Shown piece after piece: positions 19,906 to 30,173 of a stretch of 64,000 bases of DNA (its first letter is position 1; each line of letters opens with the position of its first letter). The position numbers were made by a program, and so were the translations under genes. The notes beneath the pieces are model-generated. The model worked only from the letters and a program-made list of their open reading frames with translations, had not been told where the DNA came from and ran no database searches. This stretch comes from Candidatus Bathyarchaeota archaeon. Lineage in GTDB: Archaea > Thermoproteota > Bathyarchaeia > Bathyarchaeales > Bathycorpusculaceae. The stretch is from the NCBI GenBank assembly GCA_963782525.1, contig CAWAKC010000001.1, forward strand, positions 544,001-608,000, written 5' to 3'.

Positions 19906-21204
19906 TTACCAGAAATCAGTCATGCTCTTCTGCTTAACGATTGGCTGGATTAGTTTGGGCTTAAGTTTAACCTGCGGTGGCACATCGACACCTAAAACCA
20001 ACTGTCCATAGACGCCGTCGTATCCAGGCGTAACCTTAGCGTTGCCATCCCGGACCTTAACGATGGCTTGAGCCATGGAAGCATCTACCACCTGTGCCAA
20101 CGCATCTAATGGCGCATCAATCAAAACCGAATATTCATCACCAAATTTTTCAATCAACAAATTATAATTTTTCCAGACCGCCTGAGTCGAAGGCGAATCA
20201 GTCCCAAGCACTGTTGCAATGATTTCTGAGAGTGGAAGCAGACGCATAAACCCCGGTGCTCCCGGACGTCTGAAATCTGTTGGTCTATCGGCGAGTTCCT
20301 CAACACGTTGTTCAACTCCTTTGGTGAGTGGTCGGCGACAAACTGGGCACATGTTGCCGAATTTTATGGCTTCCGCAGGTGAGAGAGAAATTTTGCAGTT
20401 TCGGTGCCCTGTCCAATGGTATTTGCCATAGGCAGGGTCAGTTTCGATAGTAAACTTGAAGTGCGAGGAATCGTTGGCGATGATTGCATCGGTGGCTTCT
20501 TTGTAGCTGAATTTTTCGAGTTCAAAAACGTTGGCTTCTCTGCCGATGCGCCATGGCCAGAAACTGTGGCAGTCACTGTTCGAAACGAGCGCGTACCGGT
20601 CGAGTTTGCTGAGTCGCCAGTTCATGGGTGGGTCAGACGACAACCCCGTTTCTAATGCGTGGATGTGTTTGGTCATGTCCTGGTAGCAGGCTTCTACGGT
20701 GTCAAAGCCACTGAAGGCGCCGAAGATGCTGAACCATGGAGTCCAAGCGTGCGCTGGAAAAACCATGTTGTCGCCACAGATCTCCATTACCTGCTCAACC
20801 AACTGGGATGCTGAAACGTTGAGGATGGGTCTGCCGTCTGAGCTTAAACTGCCGAAGCTTTGAAGTCGCTCATTGATTTGCTCGGCGGTTTCAAGCCAGG
20901 GAGTAAGTATGACATGGTGAACTTTCTTTGATTCGCCCTTATGCTCGAAGATTGTGCAAACTTCTGTTTGCAACATGAAACGCATAGGTGAGTCTGCGTT
21001 GGTTAATTTGAAGAGGCCCGAGTCACCGTCAGGGGCAAGTGTTTCGTTGATTTCTTTTAGCCACAGGGGATGGGTAAAATCGCCCGTGCCAACCAAGTTA
21101 AGTCCCTTGATTTTTGCGTACTTTGCGATTTCTGGAATGCTCATTTGCTCGCTTGTGGCTCGGCTGTATTTGCCATGGATGTGCAGGTCAGCTATGACTC
21201 TCAT
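19906..21204 (-). CDS. endoQ: Endonuclease Q (PHP domain + Zn finger) with C-terminal PIP box
   Basis: ADLHIHGKYSRATS, GTGDFTHP, SNSDCHS, GKYHWTGHRNC, CPVC, GYDGVYG and QKSMTDFW. Start refined to ATG 21204. Confidence 0.9.
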   Translation of the reverse strand: MRVIADLHIHGKYSRATSEQMSIPEIAKYAKIKGLNLVGTGDFTHPLWLKEINETLAPDGDSGLFKLTNADSPMRFMLQTEVCTIFEHKGESKKVHHVILTPWLETAEQINERLQSFGSLSSDGRPILNVSASQLVEQVMEICGDNMVFPAHAWTPWFSIFGAFSGFDTVEACYQDMTKHIHALETGLSSDPPMNWRLSKLDRYALVSNSDCHSFWPWRIGREANVFELEKFSYKEATDAIIANDSSHFKFTIETDPAYGKYHWTGHRNCKISLSPAEAIKFGNMCPVCRRPLTKGVEQRVEELADRPTDFRRPGAPGFMRLLPLSEIIATVLGTDSPSTQAVWKNYNLLIEKFGDEYSVLIDAPLDALAQVVDASMAQAIVKVRDGNAKVTPGYDGVYGQLVLGVDVPPQVKLKPKLIQPIVKQKSMTDFW

Positions 21205-21287
21205 GTATGGTGGCCAATTCCTAGCATGGTTGCTGAGCGCTTTAAGGCTTTCCTGTATCAAAACTGAAACTGTGCGAAGCGTTACTG

Positions 21288-21857
21288 TTACGTTTGTTTT
21301 AGCTTTATGATCCACACGGCGAGGGCTTCAAGCAGTTGGTGGATAAGTTGGCGTGTTTGCTCGTTAGTGACGTTTCCGTTGACGTCCACGTTGTGCATTG
21401 CATCTGATAGCATGACTTCAGGTCGGTTAACCGGCTGCATGTTAAGGAAAATGAATGCTTGCCGCAGGTGATATTGTGCTCGGGCGCCGCCGAACCTGCC
21501 TGTGGATGCACTCATGATGGCGACTGGTTTACCTTCCAGCGGCGTGTCGGCTCTGGGTCTCGAAGCACAGTCGATGGCGTTTTTGAGGACACCAGAAAAT
21601 GAGTAATTATACTCTGGAGTTGCAATTAGAAGTGCATCAGCGCTTCTGATTGCATCCTTAAATTCCTTAACCCTCTGAGGTGGATTAGCCTCGAATTCCT
21701 GGTTGAACGGTGGTATACCTTCTAAATCAAAAACTTCGATTTCAATGTTTTCGGGCACCACTTCAACGGCTGCGCGGATTAGAGCTTTGTTGAATGAGCC
21801 TTTCCTTAAGCTTCCCGCAAAGGCGAGAACTTTAAGTTTTTCGGACATGAGAGCCAC
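21288..21857 (-). CDS. NADPH-dependent FMN reductase (ChrR-like)
   Basis: GSLRKGSFN, TPEYNYSFSGVLKNAID and GGARAQYHLRQ. Confidence 0.92.
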   Translation of the reverse strand: MALMSEKLKVLAFAGSLRKGSFNKALIRAAVEVVPENIEIEVFDLEGIPPFNQEFEANPPQRVKEFKDAIRSADALLIATPEYNYSFSGVLKNAIDCASRPRADTPLEGKPVAIMSASTGRFGGARAQYHLRQAFIFLNMQPVNRPEVMLSDAMHNVDVNGNVTNEQTRQLIHQLLEALAVWIIKLKQT

Positions 21858-21963
21858 CAGAACAAATAAAATGAATCAACCAAGCAGATTTAAACTTGCT
21901 TACAACGTATTCCCATGTCTGCGTAATTTTAAAAAATTTAAAAAACAAAAAGAAAGGTGGTGG

Positions 21964-23091
21964 TTAGTCTTCTCGCCATTTGAACAGTCTAACTGCCAAG
22001 ATGAAGATTACAGCCGTGATAGCTAACACTACTGCCATATCGATAAGGGCTCCACCGATGTTACCGTACACCATAACGTTGTTTAATCCCTCGATAATGT
22101 AGAACAGCGGCAGGACATGTGCAAATGTTTGCAGGTAGGTAGGCATGATGCTAATTGGGAAGAATGTGCCTGACAGGAACATCATTGGAAATGTCACTAT
22201 GTTGCCTATGACTCCAGCAGTTTCTGGGTTCTTGGTCACAGTGCCGACTAGCATGCCGAGCGCTGCAAATAGCATTGGACCCAAAATGAGGAAGGGTATA
22301 AGCCAAGGTGACAGGGTGACATGTGCGCCGTAAGCTGCGATTCCCACCGTAACCATCAACAGAAAACCAGCAACCGTCAAAACAATGTACCAGATAACTT
22401 TCGAGGTTAGCCACTCCATCTTTGTAAGCGGGGTTAAGGAGAGCTGTTTGAAGAGTTTTGTTTTCTTGTATTCGGAGGAAATGTTGACTAGCGAGAACAT
22501 TGGGCTGGTTAAGATGGCAAAGCCGATTAATCCTGGGATGAGGAAGTCTATGGTTTTTGTTTGTTGGGTGTTCACTGTCGCGGAGGTTATGCCTATGATT
22601 GCGGGGGTTGTGTCGTTGTATTTTCGCTGAAAGTAGTTGAGGTTGTAATAATTTGCGTATCCGTTAACTGTTCCGCCCACGATGCCACTTGTGCTTGCTG
22701 TAGGATTACCGTAAACTGTAATGTTTACTTGATGACCTGAGGCATAGTTCGCTGAGAAATCTGCAGGTATAATTATGCCGTCAGATGAAGAGTGGTCAGC
22801 TAGGTACTGTGAAAAATTCGCTGAAGGATCAACAGTAAAGACCTTAATGGTACCAGATTCATTTAACGACGTAAGAAAGGTTGCGCCTATGTTTGTTCCG
22901 CCTGGGAGACCGGTATCTTTGTTTTGAGCATAAACACTAATTGTTCCTAAACCGTTTCCAGAGAAAATCGCTCCGAAAATCAAAATCAAGATAACTGGGA
23001 AGATTAAGCCGAAGAACAAACCGAACTTGTTTCTTAAGTATCCTCGGCTGAAGACTTTGAAGTCTGAATAGATTCTTTTTCCATTGACCAT
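21964..23091 (-). CDS. ABC-2 type exporter permease
   Basis: N-terminal TM, extracellular domain, FLIPGLIG and FLSGTFFP. Confidence 0.9.
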   Translation of the reverse strand: MVNGKRIYSDFKVFSRGYLRNKFGLFFGLIFPVILILIFGAIFSGNGLGTISVYAQNKDTGLPGGTNIGATFLTSLNESGTIKVFTVDPSANFSQYLADHSSSDGIIIPADFSANYASGHQVNITVYGNPTASTSGIVGGTVNGYANYYNLNYFQRKYNDTTPAIIGITSATVNTQQTKTIDFLIPGLIGFAILTSPMFSLVNISSEYKKTKLFKQLSLTPLTKMEWLTSKVIWYIVLTVAGFLLMVTVGIAAYGAHVTLSPWLIPFLILGPMLFAALGMLVGTVTKNPETAGVIGNIVTFPMMFLSGTFFPISIMPTYLQTFAHVLPLFYIIEGLNNVMVYGNIGGALIDMAVVLAITAVIFILAVRLFKWRED

Positions 23092-23093
23092 TT

Positions 23094-24050
23094 TTAGCGC
23101 CTCCGCTTTTTACTAGTTTTGTCATCTGAAGTAGGTTCTACTTCGCTGATAGGTTCGTTAACGAGCTTAACAAACACGTCGTCTAAACTGTCTTGACGCG
23201 TTTGGATATCGCCCCATTCCAAACCTGACTGCTCAGCAGCCGCCAAAGCCGCGAGGGCATCAATCTTCTTTTTCAGTGGAATAGTAACTACTTCTTTGAC
23301 GGTGTCGTAGTCAACTTGCAATTCGGTGTTTGCCTTGATATAGTCGGCGAGTTTTTGGGTTCCTTGAATCTCTAAGCGTTCACCCGAACCATGCTGCTGG
23401 ATGATTTCTTCGGTAGTTCCCATGGCTACGATGTGTCCGTGGTCCATGATGGCTACTCTGTCAGAGAGTTGCTGTGCCTCGTCGAGGTAATGGGTTGTTA
23501 GGATGATGGTTTTTCCTTTAGCCTTTAATCCGCGGATGACTTCCCAGATTGCTCGCCTCGCGTTGGGATCCAAACCCGTGGTTGGCTCATCTAAAAAGAG
23601 CAGTTCAGGCGAGTTAACTAGTGAAAGCGCAAGTCCTGTTTTCTGTTTCTGCCCGCCTGAGAGACTGTCAAAATTTACTTTAGCGGATTCCTGCAACAGA
23701 ACCTCTTTTAAAATTTCATCTGGGTTAACTTTGATGCCGAAAAGGTCAGCGTAGTAAATTATGGCTTCTCTTGGAGTGGTTTTTTCAAAGAACGTAAATT
23801 CCTGTGGAATAACGCCGATTTTCTTGTGAAGTTCGTAACCGTTTTTCCATGGGTCGAGTCCGAGTACTTTTACGTCTCCTCCGTCTCGTTCACGCAAACC
23901 CTCCATGATTTCAATGGTAGTGGTTTTGCCTGCGCCGTTTGGACCCAAAAGTCCGAAGACCTCGCCTTCTTTAACTGTGAAGGAGATGCCGTCAACGGCT
24001 TTTAGGTCGCCGTAGTGTTTTTTTAGGGATGAAACTTCAATTGGTAACAT
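23094..24050 (-). CDS. ABC exporter ATP-binding subunit
   Basis: GPNGAGKTT, LSGGQ, LDEPTTGLD and TTHY. Confidence 0.95.
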   Translation of the reverse strand: MLPIEVSSLKKHYGDLKAVDGISFTVKEGEVFGLLGPNGAGKTTTIEIMEGLRERDGGDVKVLGLDPWKNGYELHKKIGVIPQEFTFFEKTTPREAIIYYADLFGIKVNPDEILKEVLLQESAKVNFDSLSGGQKQKTGLALSLVNSPELLFLDEPTTGLDPNARRAIWEVIRGLKAKGKTIILTTHYLDEAQQLSDRVAIMDHGHIVAMGTTEEIIQQHGSGERLEIQGTQKLADYIKANTELQVDYDTVKEVVTIPLKKKIDALAALAAAEQSGLEWGDIQTRQDSLDDVFVKLVNEPISEVEPTSDDKTSKKRRR

Positions 24051-24162
24051 ACTTTATTAGCTCCTTGAAATCGTAAACTGCTGTCTTTTCTTAGGTGCAT
24101 GCTCGGATAGAAATATAATTTTCGGCTATAGAAAACGGATAAATAGCATCTTCAGGCGGTAA

Positions 24163-24678
24163 CTAAGTTGGTGCTTTCTTGAGAATTTTTTTGTTTTTAG
24201 TTGATGTCTCATTTACTTTTGCAAAAATAAACATCGTTAAATCTTCAGGCGAAATGTACCTGGGACCACGTTCATGGTGAACCTGAACTTCCATCGTATC
24301 CTTGCTGAAGATGCTTCGTAACATGTAATAATCAAACTTTAAAGCAGTCCGACTTTCGCCCGCTCCTTTGTAGTATCGTATTGAACAGAAAAAATCCATC
24401 GAATCCAACTGTTTCTTCACCAGAAAACTCAATGTTTTCTTAACTTCTTCATCGTCAATATAGTTGAAGTCTCCTGATTCAGCCAGTCCGAACTCAAAAA
24501 TCACCCTGCCCCCGGGTATGGTGGGGTTGGCTACTTCTTCAAAACTGTATTCGCTGCAGTTAATGAATTTTAAAACTTTGATTAATTTTTGTTGGAGCTG
24601 CTTGCTTGAAAGAGTTGAATTGAACCTGTCGACGCGATGAATGTTCATCGGAAAATTTTCGTAGAAACCCAGAGTCAA
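24163..24678 (-). CDS. Hypothetical protein
   Basis: 171-aa ORF co-oriented 11 bp downstream of the UPF0148-like gene. Confidence 0.7.
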   Translation of the reverse strand: MTLGFYENFPMNIHRVDRFNSTLSSKQLQQKLIKVLKFINCSEYSFEEVANPTIPGGRVIFEFGLAESGDFNYIDDEEVKKTLSFLVKKQLDSMDFFCSIRYYKGAGESRTALKFDYYMLRSIFSKDTMEVQVHHERGPRYISPEDLTMFIFAKVNETSTKNKKILKKAPT

Positions 24679-24689
24679 ATTGGTCGTGC

Positions 24690-25067
24690 TCAGGCTTTCA
24701 TTTTTTTGATTTTTTCAAGCGTATTTAGTAGTTCCGAGAGTGCACTGGTGAGTTTTTGTAGTTCATCCATGTCCTGAGTTTTTTCAATTTTACCCTCTAT
24801 TTCCGTTATCTTCGTCATCAATGTTGTTTCAAGCTTATCGTAGTTTGTACTGGGCGCTGGCGCTTGTTTGGGTGCTTCTTCGCCTTCCTTGACGACTACC
24901 ACTTTTTTCTCGTCTTTTGCGCACCAAAGTGTGCCGTCTTTAAGCCTAAAGAGGGGGGATGAACAGGCTGGGCAGGATAGGTCAGTCAATGCAGCGCCTT
25001 GGAGCAGAAGATTTGCGCCTCGTTTGACAACTGTGTTTTCTGGTCTAGGTTTCATGGTGAACCCCAA
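24690..25067 (-). CDS. UPF0148 / autoantigen p27-like zinc-ribbon protein
   Basis: LLLQGAALTDLSCPACSSPLF...LWC followed by a coiled coil. Confidence 0.8.
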   Translation of the reverse strand: MGFTMKPRPENTVVKRGANLLLQGAALTDLSCPACSSPLFRLKDGTLWCAKDEKKVVVVKEGEEAPKQAPAPSTNYDKLETTLMTKITEIEGKIEKTQDMDELQKLTSALSELLNTLEKIKKMKA

Positions 25068-25130
25068 AGTAAATACGTCTCAATGCTTATATAACTTGGT
25101 CACTGCCAAAGTGCATCAGAGGGAATATTT

Positions 25131-25409
25131 ATGGTGCGGAAGAAAAAATCGGATGAGTATGAAGCAAAGATTCAGCAAGCACTAGTTGTTCTGACCGAGG
25201 TTTCTGAAGATAGTACAACGCCACGTAACATCCGTCGCTCCGCAAAAGACGCCATGAGCTCTCTGCAAAGCGCCGAATACACTCCTGCAGTACGTGCTTC
25301 AAACGCAGTGTCGATGCTGGATGAGATTCTGCAAGATCCCAACATGCCACCGTACACTCGGGTTAAACTCTGGAACGTTATGAGCTTCATCGAAGCCATA
25401 AAAGACTAA
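25131..25409 (+). CDS. UPF0147 family protein
   Basis: DSTTPRNIRR and LDEILQDPNMPPYTRVKLW. Confidence 0.9.
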   Translation: MVRKKKSDEYEAKIQQALVVLTEVSEDSTTPRNIRRSAKDAMSSLQSAEYTPAVRASNAVSMLDEILQDPNMPPYTRVKLWNVMSFIEAIKD

Positions 25410-25435
25410 TTTTATTTGATTTTAGCATTTGATTG

Positions 25436-25906
25436 CTATTTTGCTTGTTTAATCGATTTTTTGCATTCGTTGTATGAGGCAGCGCAATGCATGCAGCAGA
25501 ACGCTATTTCTTTGCCATCGATGACTTCTCGGTAGCCGCCCGCGTAGACTTTGCAGCCGCAGTGAGCACAAACATAGATGCTTGGTTCAATGGCGATTGC
25601 AACCAAGGTGGCGAAGCGTTTGAAAAGCCCCGTACATAATCCCCTTCCTTCTTCTGTGAGTTCAAAGACTTTTTTTATCTTGTCGCCAGTTGGCTTTAGA
25701 GAATGCTTTACTAAACCCTTGTCCTCGAGTTGCTGCAAGAATGGATAGACTAGACTGGGGCTGATTTCTTTTTTGACGCGTTTTTTGAATTGGTTGATTA
25801 TGCTGTAGCCGTGGGCTGGTCCCTCGTAGAGGATGGTGAGTATGTAGAAGCGTGAGAAGTCGCTGATTAAGTCGTCGATGTTTGAATGCTGCGGGTCACT
25901 TACCAT
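25436..25906 (-). CDS. PadR-family regulator with C-terminal TRASH-like metal-binding domain
   Basis: GPAHGYSI...SPSLVYPFLQQLE, then CAHCGC...FCCMHCA. Confidence 0.85.
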   Translation of the reverse strand: MVSDPQHSNIDDLISDFSRFYILTILYEGPAHGYSIINQFKKRVKKEISPSLVYPFLQQLEDKGLVKHSLKPTGDKIKKVFELTEEGRGLCTGLFKRFATLVAIAIEPSIYVCAHCGCKVYAGGYREVIDGKEIAFCCMHCAASYNECKKSIKQAK

Positions 25907-25948
25907 GTTGGTCTTTATTGGTTTGGTTTGCTGTTATAAATGTTATTC

Positions 25949-25958
25949 AGATATATCT
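25949..25958. promoter_or_regulatory. Perfect palindrome AGATATATCT between the divergent padR and cupin promoters (candidate operator)
   Basis: 10-bp palindrome between TATA-like elements of the divergent genes. Confidence 0.3.
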
Positions 25959-26003
25959 AAAAAATACTCATGCCAAATTAATTAAACCCGAATCAACATA
26001 TCT

Positions 26004-26354
26004 TTGATAATCATGAAAGTCTTCAACTACAAAACCGTCCAAACAGAAAAAGCAGACTGCTGCCCAGAAAAAACCCAGATACGATGGCTAATCACCAAAG
26101 AGATGGGTGCACCAAACTTTGCCATGCGCCTCTTTGAGATGGCACCAGGCGGATTCAGCCCCCTACATAATCATGCATGGGAACACGAAGTATTCGTGTT
26201 AGAAGGACAAGGCGGAATTTTTGACGGAGAAAAAACAACACCTCTACAAGGAGGGGACGTAGTTTTTGTACCTCCAAACGAACTACACCAATTCAGAAAC
26301 AGCGGCGAAGCGCAACTAAAGTTCCTCTGCTTAATCCCCCATACGGAAAAGTAA
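26004..26354 (+). CDS. Cupin-2 domain protein
   Basis: HNHAWEHEVFVLEG...PPNELHQFRN. Confidence 0.9.
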   Translation: MIIMKVFNYKTVQTEKADCCPEKTQIRWLITKEMGAPNFAMRLFEMAPGGFSPLHNHAWEHEVFVLEGQGGIFDGEKTTPLQGGDVVFVPPNELHQFRNSGEAQLKFLCLIPHTEK

Positions 26355-26438
26355 CTTTCCACTTAGTTGGGTACGTTGTAGCTAAAAATATATGCTAGTT
26401 GTTACATCTAAGTTTGGGTTCCAAGAGGGCAAAATTCC

Positions 26439-27821
26439 TTGAAATATGATGTGATAATTGTAGGAGCAGGTCCAGCAGGCATTTTCTCAGCACTTGAGCT
26501 AACGGAGAAAACAAACCTCAACGTCATCGTTATCGACAGAGGCGCTGACATCGACAAACGCAAATGCCCCTCTAAACGAGGCTTTGAATGTGTCCACTGT
26601 GAACCGTGCTCCGTTCTTAGCGGTTGGGGCGGCGCAGGCGCTTACAGTGACGGCAAACTCACCCTATCAACCGAAGTTGGCGGTTGGCTAAACCAGTATG
26701 TTTCAACCAAGGAACTTGCTGAACTGGTAAAATATTGCGACGGCATCTACCTCAAGTTCGGCGCAAGCGAACAAGTCTACGGCGGCGAAAACAAGGAGAT
26801 AGATGAAATCGAACGCCAAGCCTCCCTTGCTGGTCTTAAACTTATCAAGCAAGAAGTTCGCCACATGGGCACTGATAAATGTCTTGAAACCCTTCAGCGG
26901 ATGCGGAAATATCTCAATGACAAAATAACTTTTCTGCCTAAAACAGAAGTGAAAGGGCTCATCGCTGAAAACCACACCATTCAAGGAGTCGAAACCGTCG
27001 ATGGCGCGAAAATCATGGGTAAATACGTCATCATCGCCCCGGGCAGAGGTGGTGCAGAGTGGCTTCAAACTGAAGCTCAAATCCGTGGCTTGAAGACCGT
27101 TAACAACCCAGTTGATATCGGTGTGCGTGTGGAGCTTTTGGCCTCTATAATGGAGAAGCTTACCAAAGTTCTCTATGAACCTAAACTTCTCTATTTTTCA
27201 CGTTCTTTTGATGACCAAGTGCGCACTTTCTGTGTGTCCCCCTATGGTGAAGTTACCACTGAATCCTACGACGGCGTCTTAACTGTCAACGGCGGTAGTC
27301 AAGCAGAGACTAAAACAGCCAACACCAACTTCGCTATACTTGTCAGTACATCATTTACGGAGCCATTTAAGGAACCAATTGCCTACGGCAAATACATCGC
27401 TAGACTCTCAAATCTACTCAGCGGCGGCGTCATGGTGCAGCGGCTCGGCGACCTCAACCATGGCAGACGTAGCACCCCCGAGCGACTTGCACATAGCGTT
27501 TTGACACCCACCCTCAAAAACGCCACGCCGGGAGATCTAAGCTTTGTTTTGCCTTATCGCTACCTCACTGACATTCGTGAAATGCTTGAAGCTCTCGACA
27601 AAATTGCTCCAGGCGTTGCCTCACCCGAAACATTACTCTACGGCGTCGAAGTCAAATTCTATTCCTCGCACCTTCTACTCAACAATGCATTGGAAAGCAA
27701 AATCCAAAACATGTTTACTATTGGCGATGGCGCAGGCGTCACCCGCGGCTTAATCCAAGCGTCCGCTTCAGGAATCATCGTTGCAAGAGAAATTCTCAAA
27801 CGAGAAAAACTGAAGGCTTAA
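26439..27821 (+). CDS. FAD-dependent oxidoreductase (COG2509-like)
   Basis: IVGAGPAG, GGAGAYSDGKL, YGVEVKFYS and GDGAGVTRG. Confidence 0.88.
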   Translation: MKYDVIIVGAGPAGIFSALELTEKTNLNVIVIDRGADIDKRKCPSKRGFECVHCEPCSVLSGWGGAGAYSDGKLTLSTEVGGWLNQYVSTKELAELVKYCDGIYLKFGASEQVYGGENKEIDEIERQASLAGLKLIKQEVRHMGTDKCLETLQRMRKYLNDKITFLPKTEVKGLIAENHTIQGVETVDGAKIMGKYVIIAPGRGGAEWLQTEAQIRGLKTVNNPVDIGVRVELLASIMEKLTKVLYEPKLLYFSRSFDDQVRTFCVSPYGEVTTESYDGVLTVNGGSQAETKTANTNFAILVSTSFTEPFKEPIAYGKYIARLSNLLSGGVMVQRLGDLNHGRRSTPERLAHSVLTPTLKNATPGDLSFVLPYRYLTDIREMLEALDKIAPGVASPETLLYGVEVKFYSSHLLLNNALESKIQNMFTIGDGAGVTRGLIQASASGIIVAREILKREKLKA

Positions 27822-27825
27822 CCCT

Positions 27826-28572
27826 ATGGCTGCTGTGGCTCAGGAAATCAGGTGCTCACATTGCGGTGCCCCAGTCGAGTTCAAGCCAGGCGAACTATTC
27901 GCCACCTGCAAGTACTGCGGCTTCACAACCGTAATCGAAACAGGACAAGCCTTCACTTTTGACCATTCACTCCTCCTAAACAACTACTCTGAAGCACAAA
28001 TCGAAGATTTAGCGCGTGATTGGATGCGCTCCGGCTTCATGAAGCCGGGCGATTTAGCAAAAAAAGCGAAGCTATCCGAGAAAAACCTCGTTTATTTGCC
28101 GTTTTGGATTGTTTCAGCTAATGCTACAACCAAGTACAAAGGGATCTTCGAACGCATCTCCCCAGCGATTGTTAAGGAAGGACAAATCCAAAAAGAATAC
28201 AACTGGCTCGTTTTAGCAAGAGAAGCCTCAGGCTTTCCAACCCGTGAATACGGTGTTCCTTTAACGGGCAAGATTCCCTACGATTTCAGAAAAATTGAGG
28301 GTTTTGCCAAATTACTCAACAGCGAAATGACTCGTGAAGAAGCTTTAGAGATTGCTAAGCAACAGATAGAAGCACTGCACCGTTTTCTGCTTAAGCAGGA
28401 CATAGATAAAATCGTTGAAGCTACCACAACAATCAACCTAAAACAGATGGTTTACTTGCATGCACCTGCATGGTTCATAAAATACGAGTACAAGAACGCC
28501 AACTACCAAATGATTGTGGATGGAGCAACGGGTATGATTTTGAAGGGCGATATACCCTCTTCCAAGTTCTAA
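27826..28572 (+). CDS. YdjG-like zinc-ribbon protein
   Basis: CSHCGA...CKYCG, LVYLPFW and PAWFIKYEY...VDGATG. Confidence 0.75.
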   Translation: MAAVAQEIRCSHCGAPVEFKPGELFATCKYCGFTTVIETGQAFTFDHSLLLNNYSEAQIEDLARDWMRSGFMKPGDLAKKAKLSEKNLVYLPFWIVSANATTKYKGIFERISPAIVKEGQIQKEYNWLVLAREASGFPTREYGVPLTGKIPYDFRKIEGFAKLLNSEMTREEALEIAKQQIEALHRFLLKQDIDKIVEATTTINLKQMVYLHAPAWFIKYEYKNANYQMIVDGATGMILKGDIPSSKF

Positions 28573-28641
28573 ACTGCTTTAATAAACTTTAAAAGCAACC
28601 CCTTTTTTATAACGAGATGCAAATATTGGAGGATTTAGTAA

Positions 28642-29181
28642 ATGAGCGAAAATAACGATGTATATGCCCAAGCAAAAAGTCAGATGCGGCTTTCAGAACG
28701 CATAGCTGCGGCACTTCCAGGGTTCCGAGGATATAAAGAGAAGGAACTTCGCCGCGAATCAGACAAACTGATTAGGAATAACTTAACTCTTAAACTCTCC
28801 AAAGATAAGGATAACGTCCGAAGCATCGCCCAGCGAATAGCTGATAAACGTTATCTGGATGTTTTACCAGACATTGATAGGTTAACTGCAAAGATGGATC
28901 GCATAACTGAAAAAGTTAATCATGCATCGTACGGTTACGCTGGCTTCTATGATCTTGTCAAAATCAAGGAAGAAAACCTTGACAAAATGATAACCTTCGA
29001 CAACCAACTCCTCGATGAAGTTGACGCCTTAACCGCCAGCATCGAAGACCTAAAAACACAGCTGCTAAGCGGAAACTATTCAAACCTTAAAGACAAAATC
29101 CAGACTATCGCAGACAAGTTTGAGTTGCTCGAAGATACGTTCGATAAACGTGAACAAGTAATTTTAGGAGTGACAGCTTAA
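28642..29181 (+). CDS. All-helical hypothetical protein
   Basis: PGFRGYKEKELRRESDK and ASYGYAGFYD. SD GGAGGA upstream; stop overlaps the next start (TAATG). Confidence 0.8.
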   Translation: MSENNDVYAQAKSQMRLSERIAAALPGFRGYKEKELRRESDKLIRNNLTLKLSKDKDNVRSIAQRIADKRYLDVLPDIDRLTAKMDRITEKVNHASYGYAGFYDLVKIKEENLDKMITFDNQLLDEVDALTASIEDLKTQLLSGNYSNLKDKIQTIADKFELLEDTFDKREQVILGVTA

Positions 29182-30161
29182 TGCCGCAAGTAATTGAATG
29201 GACAAACGCGGGTGCAGACGCCATTGTTTGGCGTTATCCAAGCGAAGACATCACTTGGGGAGCCCAATTAATCGTACACGAATATGAAATGGCAGTGTTT
29301 TTCCGAGATGGCAAAGCATACGACGTCTTTGGACCCGGCAGGCACACCTTAACCACCCTAAACCTACCCATCCTGACAAGCCTTCTCACTCGGATAGCTG
29401 GTTTCGGCGGCAACAAACCTTTCAAAGCAACCGTCCTATACATCAGCACCAAAATCTTTGCTGGTAAATGGGGCACCAAAGCACAAACGACCGAACTTGC
29501 ACCATTGCAGACTTACGGGCAATTCTGGTTCAAAGTCGGCGATGCCTCACTCTTCGTCAATGAAGTCGTCGGTGGACAAAACGCTTATGACACAAACGCC
29601 GTCAACGATTTCTTGCGGGGCTTCTTAAACGAGAAAATAATCGATGAACTCAGCCACTACGACCTCATTACCGTGTTCACACGCTTAGACGAAACCTCCG
29701 TCATAGTCAAAAACTCCCTAATCGACTACTTCAAACGCGTCGGTATCGAACTAACCGACCTCAGATTCGAAGGCATCGACACCACACCCGAATACCGAGA
29801 GCGACTATTCTGGCTCAAAACCGGCCAAACCGCACCTGGAGACGTACTACGCATGGAAACCGTAAAGAGCGCAGCAGCAAGCCTTGGTCAAGGAGGTGGC
29901 TCAGGAGCCCTCGGCGCAGGCATGGTACTTATCCCACAAATCATGAGCCAACAAGGAACCCCACAGGCAGCACCCGCAGCGGCACTCGTTATCTGTCCCA
30001 AATGCGGAGAAAAAGTTCCAGCGACAAGCAAATTCTGCCCAAACTGCGGAACCAACCTAACTCCACCCTCAGAAAACGCGATGAAGTGCCCTAACTGCGG
30101 CAAATCCATACCTGCCAACAGCAAATTCTGTCCAGAGTGCGGATTCAAAATCGGCAGTTAA
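29181..30161 (+). CDS. SPFH (band 7, YdjI-like) protein with tandem C-terminal zinc ribbons
   Basis: QLIVHEYEMAVFFRDG...FGPGRHTLTT.NLP and KWGT. CPKC/CPNC/CPNC/CPEC tail. Confidence 0.88.
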   Translation: MPQVIEWTNAGADAIVWRYPSEDITWGAQLIVHEYEMAVFFRDGKAYDVFGPGRHTLTTLNLPILTSLLTRIAGFGGNKPFKATVLYISTKIFAGKWGTKAQTTELAPLQTYGQFWFKVGDASLFVNEVVGGQNAYDTNAVNDFLRGFLNEKIIDELSHYDLITVFTRLDETSVIVKNSLIDYFKRVGIELTDLRFEGIDTTPEYRERLFWLKTGQTAPGDVLRMETVKSAAASLGQGGGSGALGAGMVLIPQIMSQQGTPQAAPAAALVICPKCGEKVPATSKFCPNCGTNLTPPSENAMKCPNCGKSIPANSKFCPECGFKIGS

Positions 30162-30173
30162 GAGGAACCAGAA

